Assembly (NCBI GenBank): GCA_022826485.1
Contig: JAJDUU010000025.1
Span: 87,986-151,985 of the forward strand
Source of the DNA: Chloroflexota bacterium
GTDB lineage: Bacteria; Chloroflexota; UBA11872
Direction of reading: 5' to 3'
Length of the DNA stretch: 64,000 nucleotides
In this document: in pieces, positions 56,278-64,000 of the stretch
Position numbering within the stretch: the stretch's first letter is position 1
Layout of the letters: every line of letters starts with the position of its first letter
The notes under the pieces: generated by a model
The model's database searches: none
Told to the model about the DNA's origin: nothing
What the model saw: only the letters and a program-made list of their open reading frames with translations
Program-made: the position numbers and the translations under genes

Positions 56278-59200
56278 ATGCGTCTTCGTCTGAAGCTAGC
56301 GGCGGTCGTTGCCACGGTCGCGCTGTCGCTGCTGGTAGTGGCGGCATGCGGCGACGAAGTTCCACCCGCCCCCGATCCGACGCCGACGGCCACCGCCACA
56401 CCTGTGGCGGTCGCGCCGACGCCAACTCCCGAGCCGACACCCACGACCGCCGTCACCCGCGTGGCCGCGGCGCCCACGCCCACTGCAACGCCGATTCCCG
56501 CCACGCCGACGCCGACGCCGACTCCAGAGCCCACGCCCACCCCAACGCCGGAACCGACGGCCACGCCGACGCCGGAGCCCACCGCAACGCCAACGCCCGA
56601 ACCCACGCCCACCCCAACTCCTGCACCCACGCCCACGCCAACCCCGGCGCCCACGCCGACCCCAACGCCCGAGCCCACGCCCACGCCGACTCCGGAACCC
56701 ACCCCAACGCCCGAAGCCACCCCCGCGGTTGCCGTGCCAACCGACCCGGATGCGCCTCTGGCCTTCGATCCCACCGTGGTTCGCGGCACCTTGAGCAACG
56801 GCCTCGTCTACTACGTCAAGCACAACGAGGAGCCGCGCAATCGGGCTCACCTATCGCTGATCGTGAAGGCCGGCTCGATTCTTGAAGAAGAGGATCAGCG
56901 CGGGCTGGCGCACTTCGTCGAACACATGGCGTTCAACGGCACCGAGCGATTCGCCAAGCAGGAAATCGTCGAATACCTCGAATCCATCGGCAGCAACTTC
57001 GGGCCGGACGTCAACGCGTCAACGGGCTTCGACTCCACCCAATACTTCGTCGAGATTCCGACCGACGATCCGGAGATTCTGGAGAAGGCGTTTCAGATTC
57101 TCAGCGAGTGGGCCTTCGCCATCGCGTTCGCGCCGGAAGAAGTGGAGCTCGAGCGCGGCGTGATCCTGGAAGAGTGGCGCTTGAGGCGGGGCTTTGGCGC
57201 GCGATTCCAGGACAACTGGTTTCCGCTGATCTTTGGCGACTCTCGCTACAACGAGCGAAGCACAATTGGGCTGCCCGAAGTCTTCCAGAACGCTCCGGCC
57301 CAGCGCCTGGTGGACTTCTACCAGCAGTGGTACCGGCCCGACTTGATGGCCGTGATCGCCGTGGGCGACTTCGACACCGAGGCGATCGTGGCGAAGGTGC
57401 GGAAGTACTTTGCGCCGCCCCCGGAGGGCGAGGCCGGCCAGGCGGGCGCCGCCGAAGGGCCGCCCACCGATCGGCCACGCTACGGCGTGCCGGATCACGC
57501 CGAGCCGCGGGTCAATGTGTTCAGCGATCCCGAGGCGCCCTCGACGCGGATGTTCCTGGTACGAACGCTCCCGCCCGATTCGGGCGACGACGTGGCGGCG
57601 CTGCGGCGCCTGATTGTGGAGCGATTGGCGTTCATGATGCTCAATGCTCGCTTCTTCGAACGGGGTCAGGCTGAGAATCCCCCGTATCTCGGGGCCAGCG
57701 GCCAGCGCGGGGCGTTTGTCGAGGCCGTCGACCTCGTGCAGTTTGGCGCGTGGGTGGAGCAGGACGCCGTCGAGCCGGGGTTTGCGGCGCTGCTGGAGGA
57801 GACGCAGCGCGCGCGACAGCACGGATTTACCCAGTCTGAGCTGGACCGCGAGAAGACCAACCTGTTGAGTGCCGCGGAGCGCGTCTACAAGGAACGCGAC
57901 CAGTTGGAGTCGGTCAATTTGGCCCGGGAGTACACGGACCACTTTCTCAGCGGCATCCCGGTTCCCGGCGTCGAGGCCGAGTGGGCGCTTTACCAGGCGT
58001 TGCTTCCCCAGATTTCACTGGCGGAGGTCGATGCCGTGGCAGCCACCTGGAGCGAGCCTGGGAATACCGTGCTCCTGGTGATGCGGCCCGAAGGAACCGA
58101 CGGCAAGTCGGATGAAGAGCTGGAGTCCGAGTTGCAGGCCCAACTCGCGGCAGCCGACACGCTGGAGGTCGAGCCCTACGAGGACGAGGTCGCTGACGTG
58201 CCGTTGCTGGCCACGATCCCGGCGGCGGGCAGCATCACCAGTGAAGAAGCCATCGAGTCCATCGACGCCGTCAAGTGGACGCTGTCCAACGGGGTCACGG
58301 TGATCGCGAAGCAGACCGACTTCAAGAATGACGAAGTCATATTCGGCGCGTTCAGTCCGGGCGGACACTCGCTGGTCGACGACGCCGACCACGTGTCCGC
58401 CACCTACGCCGCCACATTGGTCTCGGGGAGCGGCGTGGGCCCACACGACAACGTGGCCCTGGACAAGCTGCTCGCCGGCAAGCGGGTGTCCGTGTCGCCC
58501 TACATCAGCGAGCTGTATGAGGGCTTCAGCGGCAGCTCGTCGCCGGAAGACATGGAAACGCTGTTTCAACTGATCCATCTCTATGCGACCGCGCCCAGGC
58601 TGGACCCGGTGTACTTCTCGAACTTCGAGACCAGCCTGCGCACCAGCGCCGAGACGCGCGCCGACCAACCGGACGCCGTGTTCTCCGACACACTGAACTC
58701 TGCATACAGTCAGAATCACTTCCGTCGCCGGCCACTCACGCTCGAGCTGGTGGACGAGCTCAGCCTGGAGCGCGCGGAAGCGGTCTACGCCGATCGCTTC
58801 GCGGATCTGGGCGACGCGACCTTCGTGTTCGTTGGGGCCTTTGACTGGGACACCCTGCGATCGCTGACGGCAACCTACGTGGCCAGCCTGCCGACCACCG
58901 GGCGCGTCGAGCAGTGGCGGGACGTGGGGGTCGATCGACCGGCCGGGCTGGAGGAGCACGTCGTCCGCAGCGGCATCGAACCTCGCAGCAGGTCGGCGGT
59001 GGTGTTCGCCGGCGACATGGCATGGAGTCTCCAGGAGGCGCTCACGCTCACGGTGGTGGGGGAAATGCTCCAGATCCGTCTGCGCGAGAGTTTGCGAGAG
59101 GCGCTCGGCGGCACCTACAGCGTCGGCGCAATCACCAGAGCCACCCGGTTCCCGGAACCTGAGTTTTTGCTCTATGTGATCTTCGGCAGCGACCCCGCAC

Positions 59201-59508
59201 GCGCGGACGAGCTGTTTGACGCAATCTTCGAGGAGATCGATTGGCTGCGTGACGGCGGCGAGCAGGACTACCTCGACACGGTCAAGGAGCTGCTGCGCAC
59301 GCCTCGCGAGGAGCAGCTCCGCGACAACGGCTTCTGGCGCGGCCAGATTGAATCCGTGGTGCAGCGAGACGGGGAGTTCTCAGCGATTCTCGACTTCGAG
59401 GAGCGGCTGGACGCCGTGACCCTGGAGCAAGTCTCCGCCGCGGCCCGGCTCTACCTCACCGACGACCGCTACCTGCGCGTGGTGCTGCTGCCCGAAGAGG
59501 ACGGGTAG
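56278..59508 (+). CDS. M16 (insulinase/PqqL-like) zinc protease lipoprotein with Pro/Thr stalk
   Basis: LVVAAC lipobox, PTPTPE repeats, [21 protein letters not shown] (HxxEH), [15 protein letters not shown]; start ATG 56278. Confidence 0.92.
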   Translation: MRLRLKLAAVVATVALSLLVVAACGDEVPPAPDPTPTATATPVAVAPTPTPEPTPTTAVTRVAAAPTPTATPIPATPTPTPTPEPTPTPTPEPTATPTPEPTATPTPEPTPTPTPAPTPTPTPAPTPTPTPEPTPTPTPEPTPTPEATPAVAVPTDPDAPLAFDPTVVRGTLSNGLVYYVKHNEEPRNRAHLSLIVKAGSILEEEDQRGLAHFVEHMAFNGTERFAKQEIVEYLESIGSNFGPDVNASTGFDSTQYFVEIPTDDPEILEKAFQILSEWAFAIAFAPEEVELERGVILEEWRLRRGFGARFQDNWFPLIFGDSRYNERSTIGLPEVFQNAPAQRLVDFYQQWYRPDLMAVIAVGDFDTEAIVAKVRKYFAPPPEGEAGQAGAAEGPPTDRPRYGVPDHAEPRVNVFSDPEAPSTRMFLVRTLPPDSGDDVAALRRLIVERLAFMMLNARFFERGQAENPPYLGASGQRGAFVEAVDLVQFGAWVEQDAVEPGFAALLEETQRARQHGFTQSELDREKTNLLSAAERVYKERDQLESVNLAREYTDHFLSGIPVPGVEAEWALYQALLPQISLAEVDAVAATWSEPGNTVLLVMRPEGTDGKSDEELESELQAQLAAADTLEVEPYEDEVADVPLLATIPAAGSITSEEAIESIDAVKWTLSNGVTVIAKQTDFKNDEVIFGAFSPGGHSLVDDADHVSATYAATLVSGSGVGPHDNVALDKLLAGKRVSVSPYISELYEGFSGSSSPEDMETLFQLIHLYATAPRLDPVYFSNFETSLRTSAETRADQPDAVFSDTLNSAYSQNHFRRRPLTLELVDELSLERAEAVYADRFADLGDATFVFVGAFDWDTLRSLTATYVASLPTTGRVEQWRDVGVDRPAGLEEHVVRSGIEPRSRSAVVFAGDMAWSLQEALTLTVVGEMLQIRLRESLREALGGTYSVGAITRATRFPEPEFLLYVIFGSDPARADELFDAIFEEIDWLRDGGEQDYLDTVKELLRTPREEQLRDNGFWRGQIESVVQRDGEFSAILDFEERLDAVTLEQVSAAARLYLTDDRYLRVVLLPEEDG

Positions 59509-59559
59509 CCCGCGAGGGCGCCTGATCAGCCGCGCCAGGCTGCCGCATCCTTCACGATC

Positions 59560-60621
59560 TCAGTCAAACTCGCTCAGTCGGACCGTGCGGCCTTCCTCGC
59601 TGCTCTTGACGGCGGCGAAGGCGGTCTTGATCGACTTCAAGTTGTCGCGGCCGGAGGTCAGCGGCTCGCGGCCTTCCGTTACCGCGGTCATCATCTCGGC
59701 CATGCTGCCGCCGAAGGCGTCAGGGAACCACCGGCCCTCGATTGGGAAACGCACCCGGCGGTCGGGCTCGTCCTTGCGGGAGATTTCCACCCACTGGGGC
59801 GTGCCCACGATCGATCCCTCGACCCCGTCCAGATACCAGGTGTCGGAGTGAGCCGTTGGACTGGGCACGATGTTGTTGAAGTGCTCGGTGCAGAGCAGGT
59901 CGCCGCTGTCGAAGTGCATGAGCAACGAGTGGCACAGGGGTGAGACCGCGTGCTGCCCCGGGACCAGCACGGTCGCGCAGCTCACGGCGTCTGGTGTACG
60001 CCCGGTGAAGTAGCGAGCCAGGTCGATGTAGTGGACGCCGTGGTCCACGATGTTGAAGTCCTTCAGTCGGCGCCACCAGCGGTCTGGCTGGTCCTGCCAG
60101 GACCTGCGCACGTGGGCCACGCTGTAGAGCGGGCCGCAGACGCCGCGGTCGATCAGCACCTTGATGGCGCGGTGAGCGGGCGCCCAACGCGCCTGCTGAT
60201 TGATCATCAGTGGCACGCCCGCCTGCTCGGCACTGCGGACCATCTGCTTGGCGGACGCCCACTCCATGGCGAACGGCTTCTGCGACAAGATCGGCTTGCC
60301 CGCCGCCGCGATCTTGGGCAGGACGTCGGGCCGCACGCTGGCGTGCACGGCCAGGTCCACCACCTCGACCTCCGGATCGTCGACCAGCGCAGCCAGGCTC
60401 GTGCCGCCGCGTGGAATGCCCCAGCGGCCCCGGGTCGATTCGACGGCTTGGGAATCGATGTCCATGCAGGCGACGACTTCGTAGCCGAAGTCGCGGTAGG
60501 CGGGCAGGTGGGCCGAGTTGGTGATGGCGCCGCAGCCGACGATGCCGATCTTGAGCCGCTGCCCGGTGGGCGGCTTGGGTGCGTAGTCTTCGGGTTTCAG
60601 GCCTAGCTCATCGAGACGCAT
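59560..60621 (-). CDS. Gfo/Idh/MocA family oxidoreductase
   Basis: IGIVGCGAIT..HLPAY, GKPILSQKP, NQQARWAP, DHGVHYID. Confidence 0.88.
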   Translation of the reverse strand: MRLDELGLKPEDYAPKPPTGQRLKIGIVGCGAITNSAHLPAYRDFGYEVVACMDIDSQAVESTRGRWGIPRGGTSLAALVDDPEVEVVDLAVHASVRPDVLPKIAAAGKPILSQKPFAMEWASAKQMVRSAEQAGVPLMINQQARWAPAHRAIKVLIDRGVCGPLYSVAHVRRSWQDQPDRWWRRLKDFNIVDHGVHYIDLARYFTGRTPDAVSCATVLVPGQHAVSPLCHSLLMHFDSGDLLCTEHFNNIVPSPTAHSDTWYLDGVEGSIVGTPQWVEISRKDEPDRRVRFPIEGRWFPDAFGGSMAEMMTAVTEGREPLTSGRDNLKSIKTAFAAVKSSEEGRTVRLSEFD

Positions 60622-60836
60622 ACCAAGCCACCGTCACCTGCGGCACCACCCTGCGTACCGTGCCACGCCGGCCGGTCGGGCGAGCAAGTCCGATTTGGGC
60701 GGGTGTCGCCTCGGTGGCAGATGGCGCGCCCGACGGAAAAATGCGCCAGCACGGCTTGCAATTTTGCTCCCCAGACCTGTGCCCATAAGCCATAATCAGG
60801 CATCCGCACACTCGTCTCTCTACGAGGCAGGGTCAC

Positions 60837-61970
60837 ATGGCAACCGATACCTCCAGCGTGGCGCAGGTTCCGCGGCTCACCACCGAGCAGGTCGCCCAGT
60901 TCAAGCGCGACGGCTTCCTGGTCTTGCCGGCAGTGCTCGACCTCGAGCTCTGCCGCCAAACCCGCGAGCAGATGTGGGAGTTGATCGCCGAGCATCGCCC
61001 CAGCATGAAGCGGGATGACCCCGAGACATGGCTCCCATTCTCCGACGAGGAGCGGGAGGGCTACACGCGGCCCGAGGGCGGCGGCGACCCCTACTTCGGC
61101 GGCGGCGGGCACCGGCTCTACATTCGCAACGGCGCCGAAGAGCTGCTGCTCGACCTGGCGCCGCGCGCCATGTTCGACGTTGCCGAGCAGCTATTGGGCG
61201 AGGGTGAGGTCATTTGGCCGAACGGTCTCGACGAGACCAACACCACCATCGGTCCGGCGCTCCTGACCGAGGACCACATCACCAGCATGGAGGTCCACCT
61301 GGGGCCGGAGTCCGACAAGTGGCTCGGCAAGGCTACGCGCAAGACCGAACAGGTGCGCCTGCCCAAGACCGGTCCCGTGTGGGCGACCGCCCAGGGATCG
61401 CGCGGTCTCTATTGCACGCTGCCCAACAGTCCGGGCGGCCGCGTCAACAAGTACCCGTACGCCAAGGTCCAGCCGAGCGCCAGGTATCCCTCGGCTCACG
61501 CGGCGGAAGGCATGTATGAGAGCCGGCGGCGGCTCCAGATCGCGGCCTACTTCGACGACCTGCCGCTTGGCGCCGGCGGCCTCCACCTGTGGCCCGGCAG
61601 CCATCAGCGGATTTGGGACCGGTGGTCCGCGATGCACCGCGGCGACATCCCGTCCAACGACGACTGGCTGAGCCTGAGGCATTCCGCGGGAAAGTTCGAC
61701 GGCTACGTCACGCCGCCGATCTCGGAGATCAAGGAAGACACGCCGGTCGTGGACACCCACGGACCTTGCGGCTCGGTGGTCCTCTGGCACGCCAACATGC
61801 TGCACATGGCGGGGCAGAACACGAGCAGCGACATCATCCGTCAGGCCACGATCTACGCCTACGACAAGACCGAGGAATCCCTCCCGGACGAGTTGGCGTT
61901 GGCCTACCCGGACGGCGACCTGTGGCGCGACTGGTCCGACGAGCTGCGCGCGACCGAAACGGCGAGCTAG
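60837..61970 (+). CDS. PhyH-family Fe(II)/2OG enzyme with atypical HAAE motif, copy 1
   Basis: QFKRDGFLVLP, GGLHLWPGSH, GSVVLWHANMLHMAGQN..IRQ; homologous to 11345-12478. Confidence 0.85.
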   Translation: MATDTSSVAQVPRLTTEQVAQFKRDGFLVLPAVLDLELCRQTREQMWELIAEHRPSMKRDDPETWLPFSDEEREGYTRPEGGGDPYFGGGGHRLYIRNGAEELLLDLAPRAMFDVAEQLLGEGEVIWPNGLDETNTTIGPALLTEDHITSMEVHLGPESDKWLGKATRKTEQVRLPKTGPVWATAQGSRGLYCTLPNSPGGRVNKYPYAKVQPSARYPSAHAAEGMYESRRRLQIAAYFDDLPLGAGGLHLWPGSHQRIWDRWSAMHRGDIPSNDDWLSLRHSAGKFDGYVTPPISEIKEDTPVVDTHGPCGSVVLWHANMLHMAGQNTSSDIIRQATIYAYDKTEESLPDELALAYPDGDLWRDWSDELRATETAS

Positions 61971-61987
61971 ACCTATCGACGTGAGGA

Positions 61988-62015
61988 CGCAGGCCGCCGC
62001 CGGCGGTGGCCTGCG
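61988..62015 (+). terminator. GC-rich hairpin after PhyH copy 1 (no U tract)
   Basis: CGCAGGCCGCCGC / GCGGTGGCCTGCG; repeated at 63493-63520. Confidence 0.45.
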
Positions 62016-62030
62016 CGCCGCGCGGTGGTC

Positions 62031-62243
62031 CAGGTGCCGACGCTGATCTAATCGGCGCGTGAGCGCCGGGCCTACGCGCTCGGCGGCATGGGCTGGTCGG
62101 CGCAGGCCTTCACCATCGACTGGTGTCGCGAGCAGGGCATGGACCTCATCCCCGGCGACGGCTATCTGCGGGCCTGCGTGCCCGCCGTCGTCGGCACCTG
62201 GGCCGCGGCCCTGGCTCGCTTTGGGATCCAGAGCTTCAGCGAC
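62031..62243 (+). pseudogene. Gamma-glutamyltransferase gene fragment
   Basis: Aligns to 63770-63982 (VPTLI*SARERRAYALGGMGWSAQAFTIDWCRE...); TAC changed to TAA at 62049; 5' part deleted. Confidence 0.85.
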
Positions 62244-62341
62244 AATGCGCCGGCGCGCCTTGAAGTTGCGCTCCCCAGCCGCACGTCCATAAGTCATAAT
62301 CAGGCATCCGCCAACTGGTCTCTCAACGAGGCAGGGATCCC

Positions 62342-63475
62342 ATGGCAACGCCATTCTCCAGCGTGGCGCAAGTTCCGCGGCTCACCACCGAGCAGATCGC
62401 CCAGTTCAAGCGCGACGGTTTACTGGTCTTGCCGGCAGTGCTCGACCCCGAGCTCTGCCGCCAGACCCGCGAGCAGATGTGGGAGCTGATCGCCGAGCAT
62501 CGACCCAGCATGAAGCGGGATGACCCTGCGACATGGCTGCCCTTCTCCGATGAGGAGAAGGACGGCTTTCAGCGCCCCCAAGGCGGCGGCGACCCCTACT
62601 TCGCCGGCGGCGGCCACCGGCTCTACGTCCGCAATGGCGCCGAAGAGCTGCTGCTCGATCTGGCGCCCCGCGCCATGTTCGACATCGCCCAACAGTTGCT
62701 GGGCGACGGCGAGGTCGTGTGGCCCGGCGGCCTGGACGAGACCAACACCACCATCGGTCCGGCCCTCCTGACCGAGGACAACATCTCCACCATGAAGGTC
62801 CACCTGGGTCCGGAGGCCGGGAATTGGCTCGGCCAGGCCACGCGCAAGACCGAGCAGGTGCGCCTGCCCAAGACCGGTCCTGTCTGGGCCACTGGCCAGG
62901 GATCACGCGGGCTCTACTGCACGCTGCCCAACAGCCGTGGTGGCCGCGTCAACAAATACCGAAACGCCAAGGTCCAGCCCAGCGCCAAGTACCCCTCGGC
63001 ACACGCGGCCGAGGGCATGTACGAGAGCCGGCGGCGACTCTCGATCGCGGCATACTTCGACGACCTGCCGCTCGGCGCCGGCGGCCTGCATCTCTGGCCC
63101 GGCAGCCACCAGCGGATTTGGGACCGGTGGTCCGCCATGCACCGCGGCGACATCCCGTCCAATGACGACTGTCTGAGCCTGCGGCATTCCGGCGGCAAGT
63201 TCGACAGCTACGTCACGCCGCCGATCTCCGAAATCAAGGAGGACACGCCGGTCGTGGACACCCACGGGCCGTGCGGCTCGGTGGTCCTGTGGCACGCCAA
63301 CATGCTGCACATGGCGGGCCAGAACACCACCAGCGACGTGATCCGCCAGGCCACGATCTACGGCTACAACAAGACCGAGGAGTCCCTCCCGGACGAGTTG
63401 GCCCTGGCCTACCCGGACGGCGACCTGTGGCGCGACTGGTCAGACGAGGTGCGCGCGACTGAAACGGCGAGCTAG
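62342..63475 (+). CDS. PhyH-family Fe(II)/2OG enzyme with atypical HAAE motif, copy 2
   Basis: 377 aa, about 40 substitutions relative to copy 1 by manual count (roughly 89% identical). Confidence 0.85.
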   Translation: MATPFSSVAQVPRLTTEQIAQFKRDGLLVLPAVLDPELCRQTREQMWELIAEHRPSMKRDDPATWLPFSDEEKDGFQRPQGGGDPYFAGGGHRLYVRNGAEELLLDLAPRAMFDIAQQLLGDGEVVWPGGLDETNTTIGPALLTEDNISTMKVHLGPEAGNWLGQATRKTEQVRLPKTGPVWATGQGSRGLYCTLPNSRGGRVNKYRNAKVQPSAKYPSAHAAEGMYESRRRLSIAAYFDDLPLGAGGLHLWPGSHQRIWDRWSAMHRGDIPSNDDCLSLRHSGGKFDSYVTPPISEIKEDTPVVDTHGPCGSVVLWHANMLHMAGQNTTSDVIRQATIYGYNKTEESLPDELALAYPDGDLWRDWSDEVRATETAS

Positions 63476-63544
63476 ACCTATCGACGTGAGGACGCAGGCC
63501 GCCGCTGGCGGTGGCCTGCGTGTCACGCGGTGGTTCCCTAACTC

Positions 63545-64000
63545 GTGACGGTCACGACCTTCCTGGGCGACGAAAGCCCGGCGAAACGCTCGGCGCACGA
63601 CACGCGCCCCGTGGTGATGGGCCGTCGCGGCGTCGTCACATCGGGTCACTACCTGGCCACGGCCGCCGGCTTCCGGATCATGGAGCAGGGCGGCAACGCC
63701 ATCGACGCAGCCGCGGCCATGTGCTTCTGCCTCAACCTGCTGGAGCCGCAGAGCAACGGGCTGGCCGGTGAGGTGCCCACGCTCATCTACTCGGCGCGCG
63801 AGCGCAAGGTCTACGCGCTCAGCGGCATGGGCTGGTCGGCGCAAGCCTTTACCATCGACTGGTGCCGCGAGCACGGCATCGACCTGATCCCCGGCGACGG
63901 CTATCTGCCGGCCTGCGTGCCCGCCGTGGTCGGCACCTGGACCGCGGCCCTGGCGCGTTTCGGCACCCTGAGCTTCGGTGAGGTCGCGCAGCCCGCCATC
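63545..64000 (+). CDS. ggt: Gamma-glutamyltransferase family protein (5' part, runs off the window)
   Basis: Not in ORF track; manual translation TRPVVMGRRGVVTSGHYLATAAGFRIMEQGGNAIDAAAA..LEPQSNGLAGE..CVPAVVGTW..LARFGTLSFGEVAQPAI. Confidence 0.9.
   Translation, partial: MTVTTFLGDESPAKRSAHDTRPVVMGRRGVVTSGHYLATAAGFRIMEQGGNAIDAAAAMCFCLNLLEPQSNGLAGEVPTLIYSARERKVYALSGMGWSAQAFTIDWCREHGIDLIPGDGYLPACVPAVVGTWTAALARFGTLSFGEVAQPAI

Noticed and set aside
62088-62489. 133-aa ORF between the PhyH copies as a new gene
   Set aside because: It is the ggt relic reading through into the duplicated promoter region.

Overview
High-GC bacterial chromosomal window, densely coding (about 57 CDS, 2 tRNAs). It has no CRISPR array, rRNA, integrase or transposase. 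Gene style suggests a heterotrophic Chloroflexota, possibly a marine or sponge-associated Dehalococcoidia-like lineage; this is inference only, from Tat-lipoprotein ABC binding proteins with VEKEVV repeats, Pro/Thr-stalk lipoproteins, several PhyH dioxygenases, and NHL, Gfo/Idh/MocA and DapA-family paralogues. Main blocks: (1) 1-13 kb housekeeping and mixed genes (dprA, nth, VanW, tRNA-Pro, M14 peptidase, ferritin), plus a VOC/divergent transaldolase/cupin cluster. (2) 13-27 kb hydantoinase/oxoprolinase A+B with a small Cys4 protein, and a peptide-type ABC system with duplicated binding proteins. (3) 32-39.4 kb more AT-rich island: DUF6226-like gene, a 1723-aa exonuclease-RecQ-UvrD fusion, an EEP nuclease and a toxin-antitoxin pair. 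(4) 41.4-50.9 kb complete N-methylglutamate methylamine pathway (mgdABCD-mgsABC-gmaS). (5) tRNA-Gly, an M16 protease, and a tandem duplication of a PhyH-family Fe/2OG enzyme whose HxD motif reads HAAE (possibly halogenase-like), upstream of a gamma-glutamyltransferase. Intergenic regions carry several small palindromic repeat families nested inside each other. The best candidates for something undescribed are the HAAE Fe/2OG enzymes and the double-helicase/nuclease island. All assignments come from motif reading by eye; no searches were run.
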